From a virus (lineage: Duplodnaviria; Caudoviricetes): a stretch of 56,729 nt of DNA. How positions within the stretch are numbered: position 1 is the first letter of the stretch; each line of letters opens with the position of its first letter. Both the position numbers and the translations under genes were made by a program. The notes below the pieces were generated by a model. That model ran no database searches and was not told where the DNA came from. It saw nothing but the letters and a program-made list of their open reading frames with translations. Location: the IMG/VR virus record IMGVR_UViG_3300021197_000610, positions 1 through 56,729 of that record; one strand, given 5' to 3'. Below are positions 18,774 through 28,152 of this stretch, piece by piece.

Positions 18774-18803
18774 TTGACTTTATTTCCCCTTCAAGGTATA
18801 ACT
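18774..18803 (+). promoter_or_regulatory. Promoter of the lysis/late arm
   Basis: TTGACT-N17-TATAACT. Confidence 0.6.
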
Positions 18804-18805
18804 AG

Positions 18806-19063
18806 ATGAGAAAAAGACACACGTATTCTTCGGATAATGTTGTAGAAGAGTTCTACAAGGCTCTTGCAGACAAAAACGAAGGTAAGCTTCGCAGGGTACA
18901 CATACCAAGATCTGATGTATTCTATGTACGAGAGGCAATTTTTCAAAACACAGGTACTAAATACTCCCTAGACAGGGTAGAACGAGCTATGTATCTAGAA
19001 GGTATGCTCAATATTAGAGATGTTTTTGAGCCTGAACGTAAAAGAGAATGGGAAACTGACTGA
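18806..19063 (+). CDS. Hypothetical phage protein
   Basis: ORF track; first gene of the right arm. Confidence 0.65.
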   Translation: MRKRHTYSSDNVVEEFYKALADKNEGKLRRVHIPRSDVFYVREAIFQNTGTKYSLDRVERAMYLEGMLNIRDVFEPERKREWETD

Positions 19064-19392
19064 TGACAGTGGATTTTGACATAGATGGTGATGGACAGAT
19101 CACAGTAGAAGAGATAGCTATGAAAGAACGTATGCTTGAAGTAGAGCTACGAGAAGAAAAAGCAGAATCCCAAAAGAAAATGGCTTGGGTAGCCATGATT
19201 ATGATGATTGTCTTTACTGTTGTGTTATTTACCCCACTAATAACAGATACAAGAGTATCAGCTCTTGCAGATTTGCTAGGATTGTTCTATATTGCACAGA
19301 CTGGTGTGGTAGCAGCTTATATGGGAGCTACAGCATACATGGCAGGTAAGCCAATGGGTAATAAAATAGCAATGAAAAAGGATACAAGATGA
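19063..19392 (+). CDS. Membrane protein with EF-hand-like N-terminus, candidate holin
   Basis: DIDGDGQITVEE loop, two TM segments, directly upstream of the endolysin. Confidence 0.55.
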   Translation: MTVDFDIDGDGQITVEEIAMKERMLEVELREEKAESQKKMAWVAMIMMIVFTVVLFTPLITDTRVSALADLLGLFYIAQTGVVAAYMGATAYMAGKPMGNKIAMKKDTR

Positions 19393-19856
19393 GTTTTAGA
19401 CTAAGTCAGAGATCACTGGACAGATTAGAGGGTGTACATCCTGCAATGACTGGGGTGGTAGAAAGAGCCATACAAATTACTGGTGTCGATTTTGGAGTTA
19501 CGCAAGGTATACGTACCTTAGACGAACAGAAAGCTAATGTAGCTGCAGGAAGATCTCAAACTATGCGGTCAAAACACTTACTACAAGAGGATGGCTTTAG
19601 CCATGCAGTTGATGTAGTAGCCTATGTAGGTTCAAATGTATCTTGGGAACTTAATCTGTACGATGACATCTGTGATGCCTTTAAACAAGCTGCAGAAGAG
19701 ACTGAGGCATCCGTTAAGTGGGGAGCTGCTTGGTCTGAGGGAGATATTAGAACTTATCCTGGCACAGCTGAGGATGCTATGATGGCATACGTAGACTTAC
19801 GTAGGTCACAGGGACGTAGACCTTTTATTGATGCTCCGCATTTTGAACTGATGTAA
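19389..19856 (+). CDS. Endolysin, peptidase M15 family
   Basis: LSQRSLDRLEGVHP, GIRT..EQ, SKHL...HAVD, WG, DAPHFEL. Confidence 0.88.
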   Translation: MSFRLSQRSLDRLEGVHPAMTGVVERAIQITGVDFGVTQGIRTLDEQKANVAAGRSQTMRSKHLLQEDGFSHAVDVVAYVGSNVSWELNLYDDICDAFKQAAEETEASVKWGAAWSEGDIRTYPGTAEDAMMAYVDLRRSQGRRPFIDAPHFELM

Positions 19857-20083
19857 TGGAAATGTTAGAGTTCATAGCACAGTGGTTAGCTGCACCTCTA
19901 GCTTTTGTCGTCTGGTTTCTATTTATGAAATCAAGCAAGAACGAAAAGGATATTGCAGTGTTACAAGCTCAGTATGAATCTAACAGATTAGCTTACGATA
20001 GAGAAATGAAAGAATTAAAAGAAACTGTGAAAGCTATTTTTAATAAGTTGGACAGTATAGAACAGGCTTTGAGAGACAAATGA
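19856..20083 (+). CDS. TM plus coiled-coil protein (lysis accessory candidate)
   Basis: N-terminal TM segment followed by a coiled coil. Confidence 0.55.
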   Translation: MEMLEFIAQWLAAPLAFVVWFLFMKSSKNEKDIAVLQAQYESNRLAYDREMKELKETVKAIFNKLDSIEQALRDK

Positions 20084-20448
20084 GGTGGCTACTACTTACT
20101 TTATTGCTTTCTGGGTGTGGTATTATGTCTTTGCTACCCTTTGGTGGCTCCAGTGGGCCAACAGTCAATAGTAATGCACAGATAGGTGCAGAGAATCGAC
20201 AGTCTGTAATGAGTGTAGAAAGTACTACATCTGCAGGCAGAGATATAGTTCAAACAACAAAAGAGGTTGAAACAGGGTCTGTGGAAAACTTAGATATTAT
20301 TAATACTAATATACCCCCTTGGGTAATGTTACTTCTGATACTTGGTTGGTTACTACCAACACCTACAGAAATTGCTAGAGGTTTTATAAATTTTGTTTTA
20401 AGATTATTTGGAAGGAAAGATAATCCTAAATACGAAAGATATAAGTAA
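20080..20448 (+). CDS. Lipoprotein with C-terminal TM, unimolecular spanin candidate
   Basis: Lipobox LLSGC; C-terminal hydrophobic segment PPWVMLLLILGWLLP. Confidence 0.6.
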   Translation: MRWLLLTLLLSGCGIMSLLPFGGSSGPTVNSNAQIGAENRQSVMSVESTTSAGRDIVQTTKEVETGSVENLDIINTNIPPWVMLLLILGWLLPTPTEIARGFINFVLRLFGRKDNPKYERYK

Positions 20449-20690
20449 TGCGTAATTATAAAAAAGAATATGCCAACTACCAAGGACAACCTGCACAGAA
20501 AAAGAGACGTGCTTCTAGAAATGCAGCACGTAATTCTTTAATGAAATCTGGTATAGTCAGGAAAGGTGATGGTAAAGATGTAAATCACCGTAATGGTAAT
20601 CCTATGGATAATCGAACAAAGAATCTGTCAATAACTACAAAACGTACTAATAGGTCTTTTCCTAGAAACAACAAAGCAGGAAAAAGATAA
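20448..20690 (+). CDS. Small HNH endonuclease
   Basis: GDGKDVNHRNGNPMDN...NL......NRS. Confidence 0.75.
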   Translation: MRNYKKEYANYQGQPAQKKRRASRNAARNSLMKSGIVRKGDGKDVNHRNGNPMDNRTKNLSITTKRTNRSFPRNNKAGKR

Positions 20691-21007
20691 TGGCAATACC
20701 CGAACGAGTAAAAAATAAAATGAAAGAGGTTGGACTTAAAGAAGTCAATAAACCTCAACGTCTTAATGACAGCAGTGGTAAGTCTCATCATGTCATGGCT
20801 TCTGAAGGTGGTAAGTATAAGTATATCAAGTTTGGGCAAAAAGGTGTAAAGACAAATCAGACTGCAGGACAACGTGAAGCTTTTAAATCACGTCATGCAA
20901 AGAATATTAAAAAAGGTAAAATGTCTGCAGCATACTGGGCAGATAAGGTTAAGTGGAGTCCTTCAAAGACGAAGTCTCCCTCAAAGAAATGGAAAAAGGG
21001 ATCGTAA
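20690..21007 (+). CDS. Basic phage protein
   Basis: IKFGQKG...FKSRH......SAAYWADKVKW motif. Confidence 0.7.
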   Translation: MAIPERVKNKMKEVGLKEVNKPQRLNDSSGKSHHVMASEGGKYKYIKFGQKGVKTNQTAGQREAFKSRHAKNIKKGKMSAAYWADKVKWSPSKTKSPSKKWKKGS

Positions 21008-21008
21008 A

Positions 21009-21395
21009 ATGAAAACAACTACAATGGCTACTACTATAGCAGCAGTTATGGGCTTTCTTGCAGTAATGGCAACTAAGGCATCATCTATGGATTTTTCTGT
21101 CGCAGGACAGACACTGTCTATCGGTGCAGACTCTGACATCAACTATACTACTGGTGTAGAAGAGTGGGAGTGGGAACTAACTCCATCAGCAGGATTAACT
21201 GCTATGGGTATTGGACTAAGTGTAGCTACTGACATTGATATGTTAGAGCTAGAAGAAGGGGACATCTTTCAAGGTCTAGACTTTACTGCAAAGTACAAGA
21301 TACCTAGCACCTACATTAATTTATATACTGAAGTATCTACAGACTCAGACTTAAAGTTTGGTGATGTAACAGTAGGGGCTATGGCTAGTTTCTAA
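21009..21395 (+). CDS. Exported beta-strand protein, outer-membrane-protein-like
   Basis: Signal peptide (MKTTTMATT...KASS), amphipathic beta strands, C-terminal Phe. Confidence 0.55.
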   Translation: MKTTTMATTIAAVMGFLAVMATKASSMDFSVAGQTLSIGADSDINYTTGVEEWEWELTPSAGLTAMGIGLSVATDIDMLELEEGDIFQGLDFTAKYKIPSTYINLYTEVSTDSDLKFGDVTVGAMASF

Positions 21396-21586
21396 TGTGG
21401 TTAGCTATAGTCATGTTTTGCATGACACCTACAGATGCCAGTACGTGCACTCTTACAGTAAACAATGAAAATTTATATAGTAGTAAACAAAGTTGTCGTA
21501 AGGAAATGCGTAGTATGGTAGATAATTTTATTAGCAGAGGTATCTTTTCACAAGGTACTTGTATAGAGATAGGAGTCTCATTATGA
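21395..21586 (+). CDS. Small Cys-containing hypothetical protein
   Basis: ORF track; TAATG coupling. Confidence 0.6.
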   Translation: MWLAIVMFCMTPTDASTCTLTVNNENLYSSKQSCRKEMRSMVDNFISRGIFSQGTCIEIGVSL

Positions 21587-21678
21587 AAGTAATTAAATGG
21601 TTTGGAAGATATTTAAAAAGAATTGCATGTGCACTATTAAACATTAAATGCTGTGCAGATTGTAATTGTAAGGCGTAG
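21583..21678 (+). CDS. 31-aa peptide with a CCxxCxC C-terminus
   Basis: Translated by hand (MKVIKWFGRYLKRIACALLNIKCCADCNCKA); AGGAG RBS; ATGA overlap. Confidence 0.55.
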   Translation: MKVIKWFGRYLKRIACALLNIKCCADCNCKA

Positions 21679-21682
21679 CAAC

Positions 21683-21862
21683 ATGAAGAAGAAATCTAGT
21701 GTCAATAAAGCCGGTAATTATACCCAACCTGGGATGCGTAAAACTTTATTCAACTCAATCAAAGCTGGAGGTAAGGGCGGCAACCCAGGCCAATGGTCAG
21801 CCCGAAAAGCACAGATGTTGGCAAAACAATACAAAGCCAAGGGTGGAGGGTACAAGACATGA
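21683..21862 (+). CDS. Small basic protein (DUF5872-like)
   Basis: GGKGGNPGQWSARKAQMLAKQYKAKGGGY. Confidence 0.7.
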   Translation: MKKKSSVNKAGNYTQPGMRKTLFNSIKAGGKGGNPGQWSARKAQMLAKQYKAKGGGYKT

Positions 21863-22032
21863 AAGTAAATGCACCAAAAGGATATCATTGGATGAAACAG
21901 CCTGATGGTGGTTATAAGCTAATGAAACATACAGGTAAATTTACACCCCATAAAGGTGCAAGTTTAGCTGCTAATTTTTCTGTACAAAAGGTTCACAAAG
22001 ATGGCCCTAAAAAGTCCACAAAAAAGTCTTAA
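21859..22032 (+). CDS. Small basic hypothetical protein
   Basis: MKVNAPKGYHWMK; ATGA overlap. Confidence 0.55.
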   Translation: MKVNAPKGYHWMKQPDGGYKLMKHTGKFTPHKGASLAANFSVQKVHKDGPKKSTKKS

Positions 22033-22450
22033 ATCTTGGGGTAAACAGAAGTGGAGAACTTCTGATGGATCTCCCTCAAAAGGCAAGAAAAGGTATTTAC
22101 CTGATAAAGCTTGGAATGCTTTAACAGCAGGTGAAAAAAGAGCCACTAATTCGGCAAAGTCAGAAGGCAATAAAAAAGGTAAACAGTTTGTAAAACAACC
22201 AGACAAAATTGCCAAAAAGGTTAAATCATATAGAGCAGTATCAGAAGGAGGCGTTATGAAAAAGCCAATGAATCCAGGAATGAAAGCACTTAAGAAAGAA
22301 GCACCAGATGTAGCCAAGAAGATGGGCTACAAGCATGGTGGTATGTCAAAAAACAAGTCAGGCTACATGGGTGGTGGTATGTCTAAAATGAGTGACATGC
22401 GTAAGACAGGAATGTTTTATGGCGGCATGGCAAAGAAAAAGAAAGGTTAG
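22001..22450 (+). CDS. Basic protein (DUF5872-like N-terminus, GGM repeats)
   Basis: QKSLKSWGKQKWRT...RYLP..AW..L. Confidence 0.7.
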   Translation: MALKSPQKSLKSWGKQKWRTSDGSPSKGKKRYLPDKAWNALTAGEKRATNSAKSEGNKKGKQFVKQPDKIAKKVKSYRAVSEGGVMKKPMNPGMKALKKEAPDVAKKMGYKHGGMSKNKSGYMGGGMSKMSDMRKTGMFYGGMAKKKKG

Positions 22451-22456
22451 ATACCA

Positions 22457-22849
22457 ATGGCTGTAACATTACGTAAATATTTAAATGACAAACTAAAAGA
22501 AAAAGGTTTGTCTGTTAAAGAGGCTAAAAAGAATGCAGGTAAATACAAAAGTATTGCTGCAGCCAAGAAAGCAGGATCACTTTACTATACAAATAAAGAT
22601 GGTAAAGTAATGGCTGCTGTGTATGCAGAAGACCTTAAAAAATCAACTGTAAAACCTAAGCCAAGACCAAATTCAGGTAGTATAAAGAAAGAAGTATTAC
22701 TACCAGGTTCTAACCAAACAATTTCAGATGCTATAGATAAAGGAAAAAATCCTAAAGGGGGTTTAAGAGCTAGAGGACTTAGAAAATTAAAAGAAAAAGT
22801 AACTGGTAAGTCTAAAGGTGGTATGGCTAAAAGGAAATCTGTAAGATGA
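22457..22849 (+). CDS. Lys-rich hypothetical protein
   Basis: ORF track; C-terminal KSKGGMAK. Confidence 0.65.
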   Translation: MAVTLRKYLNDKLKEKGLSVKEAKKNAGKYKSIAAAKKAGSLYYTNKDGKVMAAVYAEDLKKSTVKPKPRPNSGSIKKEVLLPGSNQTISDAIDKGKNPKGGLRARGLRKLKEKVTGKSKGGMAKRKSVR

Positions 22850-23082
22850 AACTAGAAGGTGATAAAGTAGTAGACCAATACGGTGCTGTTCTCGCAGAGT
22901 ACATTCGAGGAGAGTGGCACACTAAAGATCCTTCTGTATTAGAGTTTGTAAAAGATACAGAAGAAGTAAAAGTTCGTGCCCGTAATGAAAAGGGGCAACT
23001 GGTTGGAGATGATCCATCTACCCCCGATGTAAATGAAGCTTGGACAACTAAGGTGGCTAAGAAGGTTAAGGCTAAGTCATAA
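22846..23082 (+). CDS. Hypothetical protein with an RARNEKG...DDPSTPDVNEAW motif
   Basis: Motif recurs in marine phage small proteins. Confidence 0.65.
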   Translation: MKLEGDKVVDQYGAVLAEYIRGEWHTKDPSVLEFVKDTEEVKVRARNEKGQLVGDDPSTPDVNEAWTTKVAKKVKAKS

Positions 23083-23087
23083 CGGCA

Positions 23088-23117
23088 TTGCATTTTTGTA
23101 TGTAGTATGATATAACT
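23088..23117 (+). promoter_or_regulatory. Promoter upstream of the DUF1127 gene
   Basis: TTGCAT-N17-TATAACT. Confidence 0.55.
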
Positions 23118-23168
23118 ATTTGTAGTATAACTACTCCTGTCCAGTTAGGACTAACATAGGAGTAGGAA

Positions 23169-23333
23169 ATGTTTAGAAAATTATTTAACAGAATTATAGA
23201 AGCAAGAACAGAATCAGCTAAACGTAAAATTGCAAGAATGCAACTTTACCAAATGACTGACAGAGAGCTACGAGACTTAGGTATTGGTAGATATGATATA
23301 GAAAGGGTTATACTAACAGGTAAAGCCCTTTGA
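23169..23333 (+). CDS. DUF1127 (YjiS-like) small protein, 54 aa
   Basis: Translated by hand; QLYQMTDRELRDLGIGRYDIER matches the DUF1127 signature; AGGA RBS. Confidence 0.8.
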   Translation: MFRKLFNRIIEARTESAKRKIARMQLYQMTDRELRDLGIGRYDIERVILTGKAL

Positions 23334-23384
23334 AGAACACAATAAGTTCTTTAATGATACTAGGAGTACTTTGGGAGGAGGCTC

Positions 23385-23843
23385 GTGGACCCAGTAACAA
23401 TCATCGGTGGTGCAACCGTAGCTTTCAATGCGTTGAAGAAAGGCTTTCAAGTAGGTAAAGACTTGCAAGCTATGTCAGGACAGTTGACCCAATGGGCAGG
23501 TTGCATGAGTGATCTAGCCTATGCTGAACAGAAAAACAAGAACCCTCCTTGGTGGAAAGCACTGAGTGGGGGTTCTGTTGAAGCAGAAGCTCTAGAGATA
23601 TTTACAGCTAAAAGAAAAGCTGAGTCTATGAGAAAAGAGCTAAAAGATTGGATTAGTTTTAGTATGGGGCCATCTGCTTGGGATGAGCTTGTAGCTACTG
23701 AAGGTAGGATACGTAAACAAAAGAAAGAACAAGAATACCGTAAAGCTGAAATGCAAGAAGCTATTGTAACTTGGGGCGTAACAGGTTTGCTTTTAACTGC
23801 AGGTTTTGGTGTTTTTGGTTTTGTAATATATATGGTGGCATAA
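23385..23843 (+). CDS. Phage protein with C-terminal TM
   Basis: MDPVT....A..AF..LKKG N-terminus; GGAGG RBS. Confidence 0.7.
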   Translation: MDPVTIIGGATVAFNALKKGFQVGKDLQAMSGQLTQWAGCMSDLAYAEQKNKNPPWWKALSGGSVEAEALEIFTAKRKAESMRKELKDWISFSMGPSAWDELVATEGRIRKQKKEQEYRKAEMQEAIVTWGVTGLLLTAGFGVFGFVIYMVA

Positions 23844-24208
23844 TGGCTAAAAACTTAACAGAGAAACAACAAAAGTTTCTTGATGTACTGTTTGATGAAG
23901 CAGGGGGCAATCTTGTTAAAGCTAAAAAGCTTGCAGGATATGCAGATGCTGTAACTTCTAAGCAGGTAGCAGAACCGTTAGCAGAAGAAATTGCAGAGTT
24001 AACTAAAAGATTTATTGCATCATCTGCAACAAAAGCTGCATATTCTATGTTTGAGGTTATGAACAGTCCAACTGATTTAGGTAACAAAGAGAAGATGGCA
24101 GCAGCAAAAGATGTATTAGATCGTGGTGGTTTTGTAAAGACAGAGAAAGTAGAAGTCTCTGCAGCAAGTCCATTATTTATCTTGCCACAAAAAGATGATG
24201 CGAATTAA
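23843..24208 (+). CDS. Putative terminase small subunit
   Basis: LTEKQQKFL...AKKLAGY HTH, AAAKDVLDRGG; upstream of terL. Confidence 0.65.
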   Translation: MAKNLTEKQQKFLDVLFDEAGGNLVKAKKLAGYADAVTSKQVAEPLAEEIAELTKRFIASSATKAAYSMFEVMNSPTDLGNKEKMAAAKDVLDRGGFVKTEKVEVSAASPLFILPQKDDAN

Positions 24209-24611
24209 AAAAACTTGGACTTTACCCAAACCAGAAAAAGTTGGTGATGAGTATATTTGGAAACCTACAGTTAGGGTTGGGAGACATATCCCATTTGGCT
24301 ATAGACAAGACTTAAATGATTGTGATATACTGATACCAATTCCAGAAGAATTAGAATTGTTTGAAAAAGCTAAAGAGTTTTTAAGGCAGTATAGTTATAG
24401 AGAAGTGGCAGCTTGGCTCAGTACTCAATCTGGAAGATATATTTCCCATGTAGGATTATACAAGAGAGTTAAAATTGAGCAACAACGTAAGACAGAAGCT
24501 GCAACTCAACGTTACCTCGCCCAAAGGTACGAAGAAGCCCTCAAAAAAGCTCAAAGGCTTGAAGGCAGACTCCTTGGACAAAAAGACTACGTTGAACTCA
24601 GCTCAGGTTAA
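24195..24611 (+). CDS. DNA-binding protein (recombinase-like DNA-binding domain)
   Basis: IPFGY, SYREVAAWL, ISHVGL. Confidence 0.6.
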   Translation: MMRIKKTWTLPKPEKVGDEYIWKPTVRVGRHIPFGYRQDLNDCDILIPIPEELELFEKAKEFLRQYSYREVAAWLSTQSGRYISHVGLYKRVKIEQQRKTEAATQRYLAQRYEEALKKAQRLEGRLLGQKDYVELSSG

Positions 24612-26040
24612 ACCTGAAGAGTTAGATGTAGAACAAGCACAACGTGAAGTTATCTTTGAGCCAAACATCGGTCCTCAGACATCTTTTCTAGCAGCAACAG
24701 AACAAGAGGTTTTATACGGAGGGGCAGCAGGTGGTGGCAAGTCTTATGCGATGGTTGCAGATCCAGTGCGGTACTTGGGGAATCCAAATGCACGAATGTT
24801 ACTTGTTCGTAGGTCTACAGAAGAGCTTAGAGAACTTATAGCAGTAAGTAAACAACTTTATCCTAAAGCTATTCCTGGGATAAAGTTTATGGAAAGAGAT
24901 AAAACTTGGGTAGCTCCATCAGGTGCTACATTGTGGATGTCATACCTCGACAGAGAAGATGACGTTATGAGATACCAAGGTCAAGCTTTTAACTGGATTG
25001 GCTTTGACGAACTTACACAGTGGTCTTCACCTTTTGCATGGAACTATATGAGATCACGTCTCCGTACTACTAGGGCATCAGGTTTGCCACTGTATATGAG
25101 AGCAACAAGCAACCCAGGTGGCCCTGGGCATCAGTGGGTAAAAAGAACTTTCATTGACCCTCAAATTCCAAACAATGCGTTCTCTGCCACCGATGAAAAC
25201 GGAAACGTGATTTGTTGGCCGAAAGGTCATAGTCGAGAGGGTGAGCCTCTGTTCAAACGAAAGTTTATACCTGCCACCCTTTTCGACAACCCTTATCTAG
25301 CAGAAGATGGTCTGTATGAAGCTAATCTTCTTTCGTTACCTGAGCATCAACGTAGACAACTACTTGAGGGTGACTGGGATATAAACGAGGGTGCAGCTTT
25401 TCCAGAGTTTAATAGACGTGAACATGTCATAGATCCTTACGATATACCTTCTAGTTGGATTAAGTTTAGAGCTTGTGATTATGGTTATGGTTCTTACACT
25501 GGTGTCGTTTGGTTTACTATAGTTCCTGGTTCTGAACAACTTGTGGTATATAGAGAGTTATATGTATCTAAAGTTACAGCTACTGATTTAGCTGATATGA
25601 TTCTAGGAATAGAAAACGAAGCTAACGAGAATATGCGTTACGGAGTTCTTGACTCTTCTCTTTGGCATAATCGTGGTGATACTGGACCTAGCCTAGCAGA
25701 ACAAATGATTATGAAAGGTTGCAGATGGAGACCTTCAGATAGATCTAAAGGCTCTCGTGTATCAGGTAAAAATGAATTACACAGACGATTGCAGGTAGAT
25801 GAGTTTACGGAGGAACCTAGACTTGTGTTTTTTTCTAATTGCACTAACCTTATATCTCAGCTACCCTCTATTCCGTTAGATAAGAAAAACCCAGAAGATG
25901 TAGATACTAATGCAGAGGATCATTTGTATGATGCTCTTAGATACGGTATAATGACAAGACCAAGAAGCAATGTCTTTGACTTTGATCCTGCATCTCAACG
26001 AACAGGCTTTCAAGCATCAGATCCCACATTTGGATACTAA
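24475..26040 (+). CDS. terL: Terminase large subunit
   Basis: Walker A YGGAAGGGKS, Walker B IGFDE, ATSNPGG, nuclease DYGY...DHLYDALRY; start codon uncertain. Confidence 0.93.
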   Translation: MSNNVRQKLQLNVTSPKGTKKPSKKLKGLKADSLDKKTTLNSAQVKPEELDVEQAQREVIFEPNIGPQTSFLAATEQEVLYGGAAGGGKSYAMVADPVRYLGNPNARMLLVRRSTEELRELIAVSKQLYPKAIPGIKFMERDKTWVAPSGATLWMSYLDREDDVMRYQGQAFNWIGFDELTQWSSPFAWNYMRSRLRTTRASGLPLYMRATSNPGGPGHQWVKRTFIDPQIPNNAFSATDENGNVICWPKGHSREGEPLFKRKFIPATLFDNPYLAEDGLYEANLLSLPEHQRRQLLEGDWDINEGAAFPEFNRREHVIDPYDIPSSWIKFRACDYGYGSYTGVVWFTIVPGSEQLVVYRELYVSKVTATDLADMILGIENEANENMRYGVLDSSLWHNRGDTGPSLAEQMIMKGCRWRPSDRSKGSRVSGKNELHRRLQVDEFTEEPRLVFFSNCTNLISQLPSIPLDKKNPEDVDTNAEDHLYDALRYGIMTRPRSNVFDFDPASQRTGFQASDPTFGY

Positions 26041-26049
26041 GGATAAAAA

Positions 26050-28152
26050 ATGGAAGAAGATTTTGAAGAGATGATCATGGACATGGAAGAAACTTCTGCT
26101 GTTGAAGATGTTGCAGAAGAAGACTACTCAGATCCAATTACAGGACATATCGTACAATTTATCAAAGATAAGCACAGTAAGGCATCAACAGCTCGTCAGC
26201 TAGATGAGGAACGTTGGATACAAGCTTACCGTAATTATCGTGGTATATACGGACCGGATGTACAGTTTACATCTACAGAAAAGTCTCGTGTATTTGTAAA
26301 GGTAACTAAAACTAAAACACTTGCTGCATATGGACAGATTGCAGAAGTATTGTTTGGTGGTAATAAGTTTCCTATTAGTATTGATCCCACTAAGCTTCCA
26401 GATGGTGTAGAAGAAACTGTAAATTTTGAAACTAACGAAAACATGAGAAAAGCCGTTAGTGAAGATATGGCTAAGTTACTTCCAGGAGAAACTCTACCAG
26501 AGTACAAAGAACGTTTAGGGGTGTTGTCTGGTAAGTTAGAACCTGTTGAGGATGACCTTCAGTCTGGAACAAACGGTAGTCCAACTGCTGTACAATTTCA
26601 TCCTGCTGAAGTTTCAGCTAAAAAGATGGAAAAGAAGATACATGATCAGTTAGAAGAATCTCATGCAAAGAAACATTTACGTGCTGCTGCTTTCGAGGCG
26701 GCACTTTTTGGTACGGGGGTTATGAAAGGCCCATTTGCTGTAGATAAAGAATATCCCTGTTGGGATGAAGATGGTGAGTACACACCAACATTTAAAACAA
26801 TTCCCCAAACTACATCAGTATCTATCTGGAACTTTTATCCAGACCCTGATGCAGCTACAATGGAAGAAGCAGAGTATATTGTAGAACGACACAAGATGTC
26901 ACGTTCTCAAGTACGTGCCTTAAAGAATCGACCATACTTCCGTCCTAATGCTATTGATAATGTTCTACGTCTTGGTGAAGACTACCGCAAAGAGTGGTGG
27001 GAACATATTATGGAAGATAACTCCGAAGAAGACAGAGCCGAACGTTTTGAGGTTCTAGAGTTTTGGGGTTTTGTCGATAAAGAACTTTTAGAAGATCAGG
27101 GAGTAGACATCCCTAAAGAGTTAAAAGATGCAGATCAGTTAAGTGTAAATGCTTGGATTGCTAATGGTCAGGTACTACGTCTAGTAATGAACCCATTTAC
27201 TCCTGCTTATATTCCTTACTTTGCTGCACCTTACGAGATGAATCCATACAGTATTTTTGGCGTAGGTATTGCTGAAAACATGGACGATACTCAAACACTT
27301 ATGAATGGCTTTATGCGAATGGCAGTAGATAACGCAGCATTGTCTGGTAATCTATTGATAGAGGTAGACGAGACTAATCTCGTCCCAGGGCAAGACCTCT
27401 CCGTGTATCCAGGAAAAGTGTTCAGGAGACAGGGAGGGGCGCCTGGTCAAGCTATCTTTGGCACTAAGTTTCCTAACGTATCTAACGAGAACATGCAGAT
27501 GTTCGATAAGGCAAGGGTATTGGCAGATGAATCAACTGGCTTTCCTTCTTTTGCTCATGGTCAAACAGGCGTACAAGGAGTGGGTCGTACTGCTTCTGGT
27601 ATTTCTATGCTTATGTCTGCTGCCAACGGTAGCATACGTAATGTTGTTAAGAATATAGATGACTATCTATTAGCACCACTAGGTAAAGCATTCTTTAATT
27701 TTAATATGCAGTTTGACTATGACTCAGGAATTAAGGGTGACTTAGAAGTTAAGGCTCGTGGTACAGAAAGTCTCATGGCTAATGAAGTACGTAGCCAACG
27801 CCTGATGCAATTTATGCAGGTTGTAGCTAATCCTGCACTTGCACCTTTTGCTAGAATGGATTATATTGTTCGTGAGATTGCTAAGTCTATGGATCTTGAT
27901 CCAGATAAGGTTGGTAACAGTATGGCAGAGGCTGCAGTGCAAGCTGAGATACTAAAACAATTCCAAGCTGAGAACCCACCACCTGCTCCACCACCAGGTG
28001 CTCCACAGCCAGGAGGCCCACAGCAAGCACCTGCAGGGGTACAGGTGCAGGATACTCAAGGTAGTGGGGGTGGAACTATAGGAACTGGAACAGCCCCTCA
28101 GCCAGGAGAACAGGGCTTCTCAGGTAACACTGGCCCACAACAGGTACAATGA
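26050..28152 (+). CDS. Portal protein
   Basis: 700 aa after terL; FGTGVMKG, NFYPDP, RTASGISMLM. Confidence 0.85.
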   Translation: MEEDFEEMIMDMEETSAVEDVAEEDYSDPITGHIVQFIKDKHSKASTARQLDEERWIQAYRNYRGIYGPDVQFTSTEKSRVFVKVTKTKTLAAYGQIAEVLFGGNKFPISIDPTKLPDGVEETVNFETNENMRKAVSEDMAKLLPGETLPEYKERLGVLSGKLEPVEDDLQSGTNGSPTAVQFHPAEVSAKKMEKKIHDQLEESHAKKHLRAAAFEAALFGTGVMKGPFAVDKEYPCWDEDGEYTPTFKTIPQTTSVSIWNFYPDPDAATMEEAEYIVERHKMSRSQVRALKNRPYFRPNAIDNVLRLGEDYRKEWWEHIMEDNSEEDRAERFEVLEFWGFVDKELLEDQGVDIPKELKDADQLSVNAWIANGQVLRLVMNPFTPAYIPYFAAPYEMNPYSIFGVGIAENMDDTQTLMNGFMRMAVDNAALSGNLLIEVDETNLVPGQDLSVYPGKVFRRQGGAPGQAIFGTKFPNVSNENMQMFDKARVLADESTGFPSFAHGQTGVQGVGRTASGISMLMSAANGSIRNVVKNIDDYLLAPLGKAFFNFNMQFDYDSGIKGDLEVKARGTESLMANEVRSQRLMQFMQVVANPALAPFARMDYIVREIAKSMDLDPDKVGNSMAEAAVQAEILKQFQAENPPPAPPPGAPQPGGPQQAPAGVQVQDTQGSGGGTIGTGTAPQPGEQGFSGNTGPQQVQ

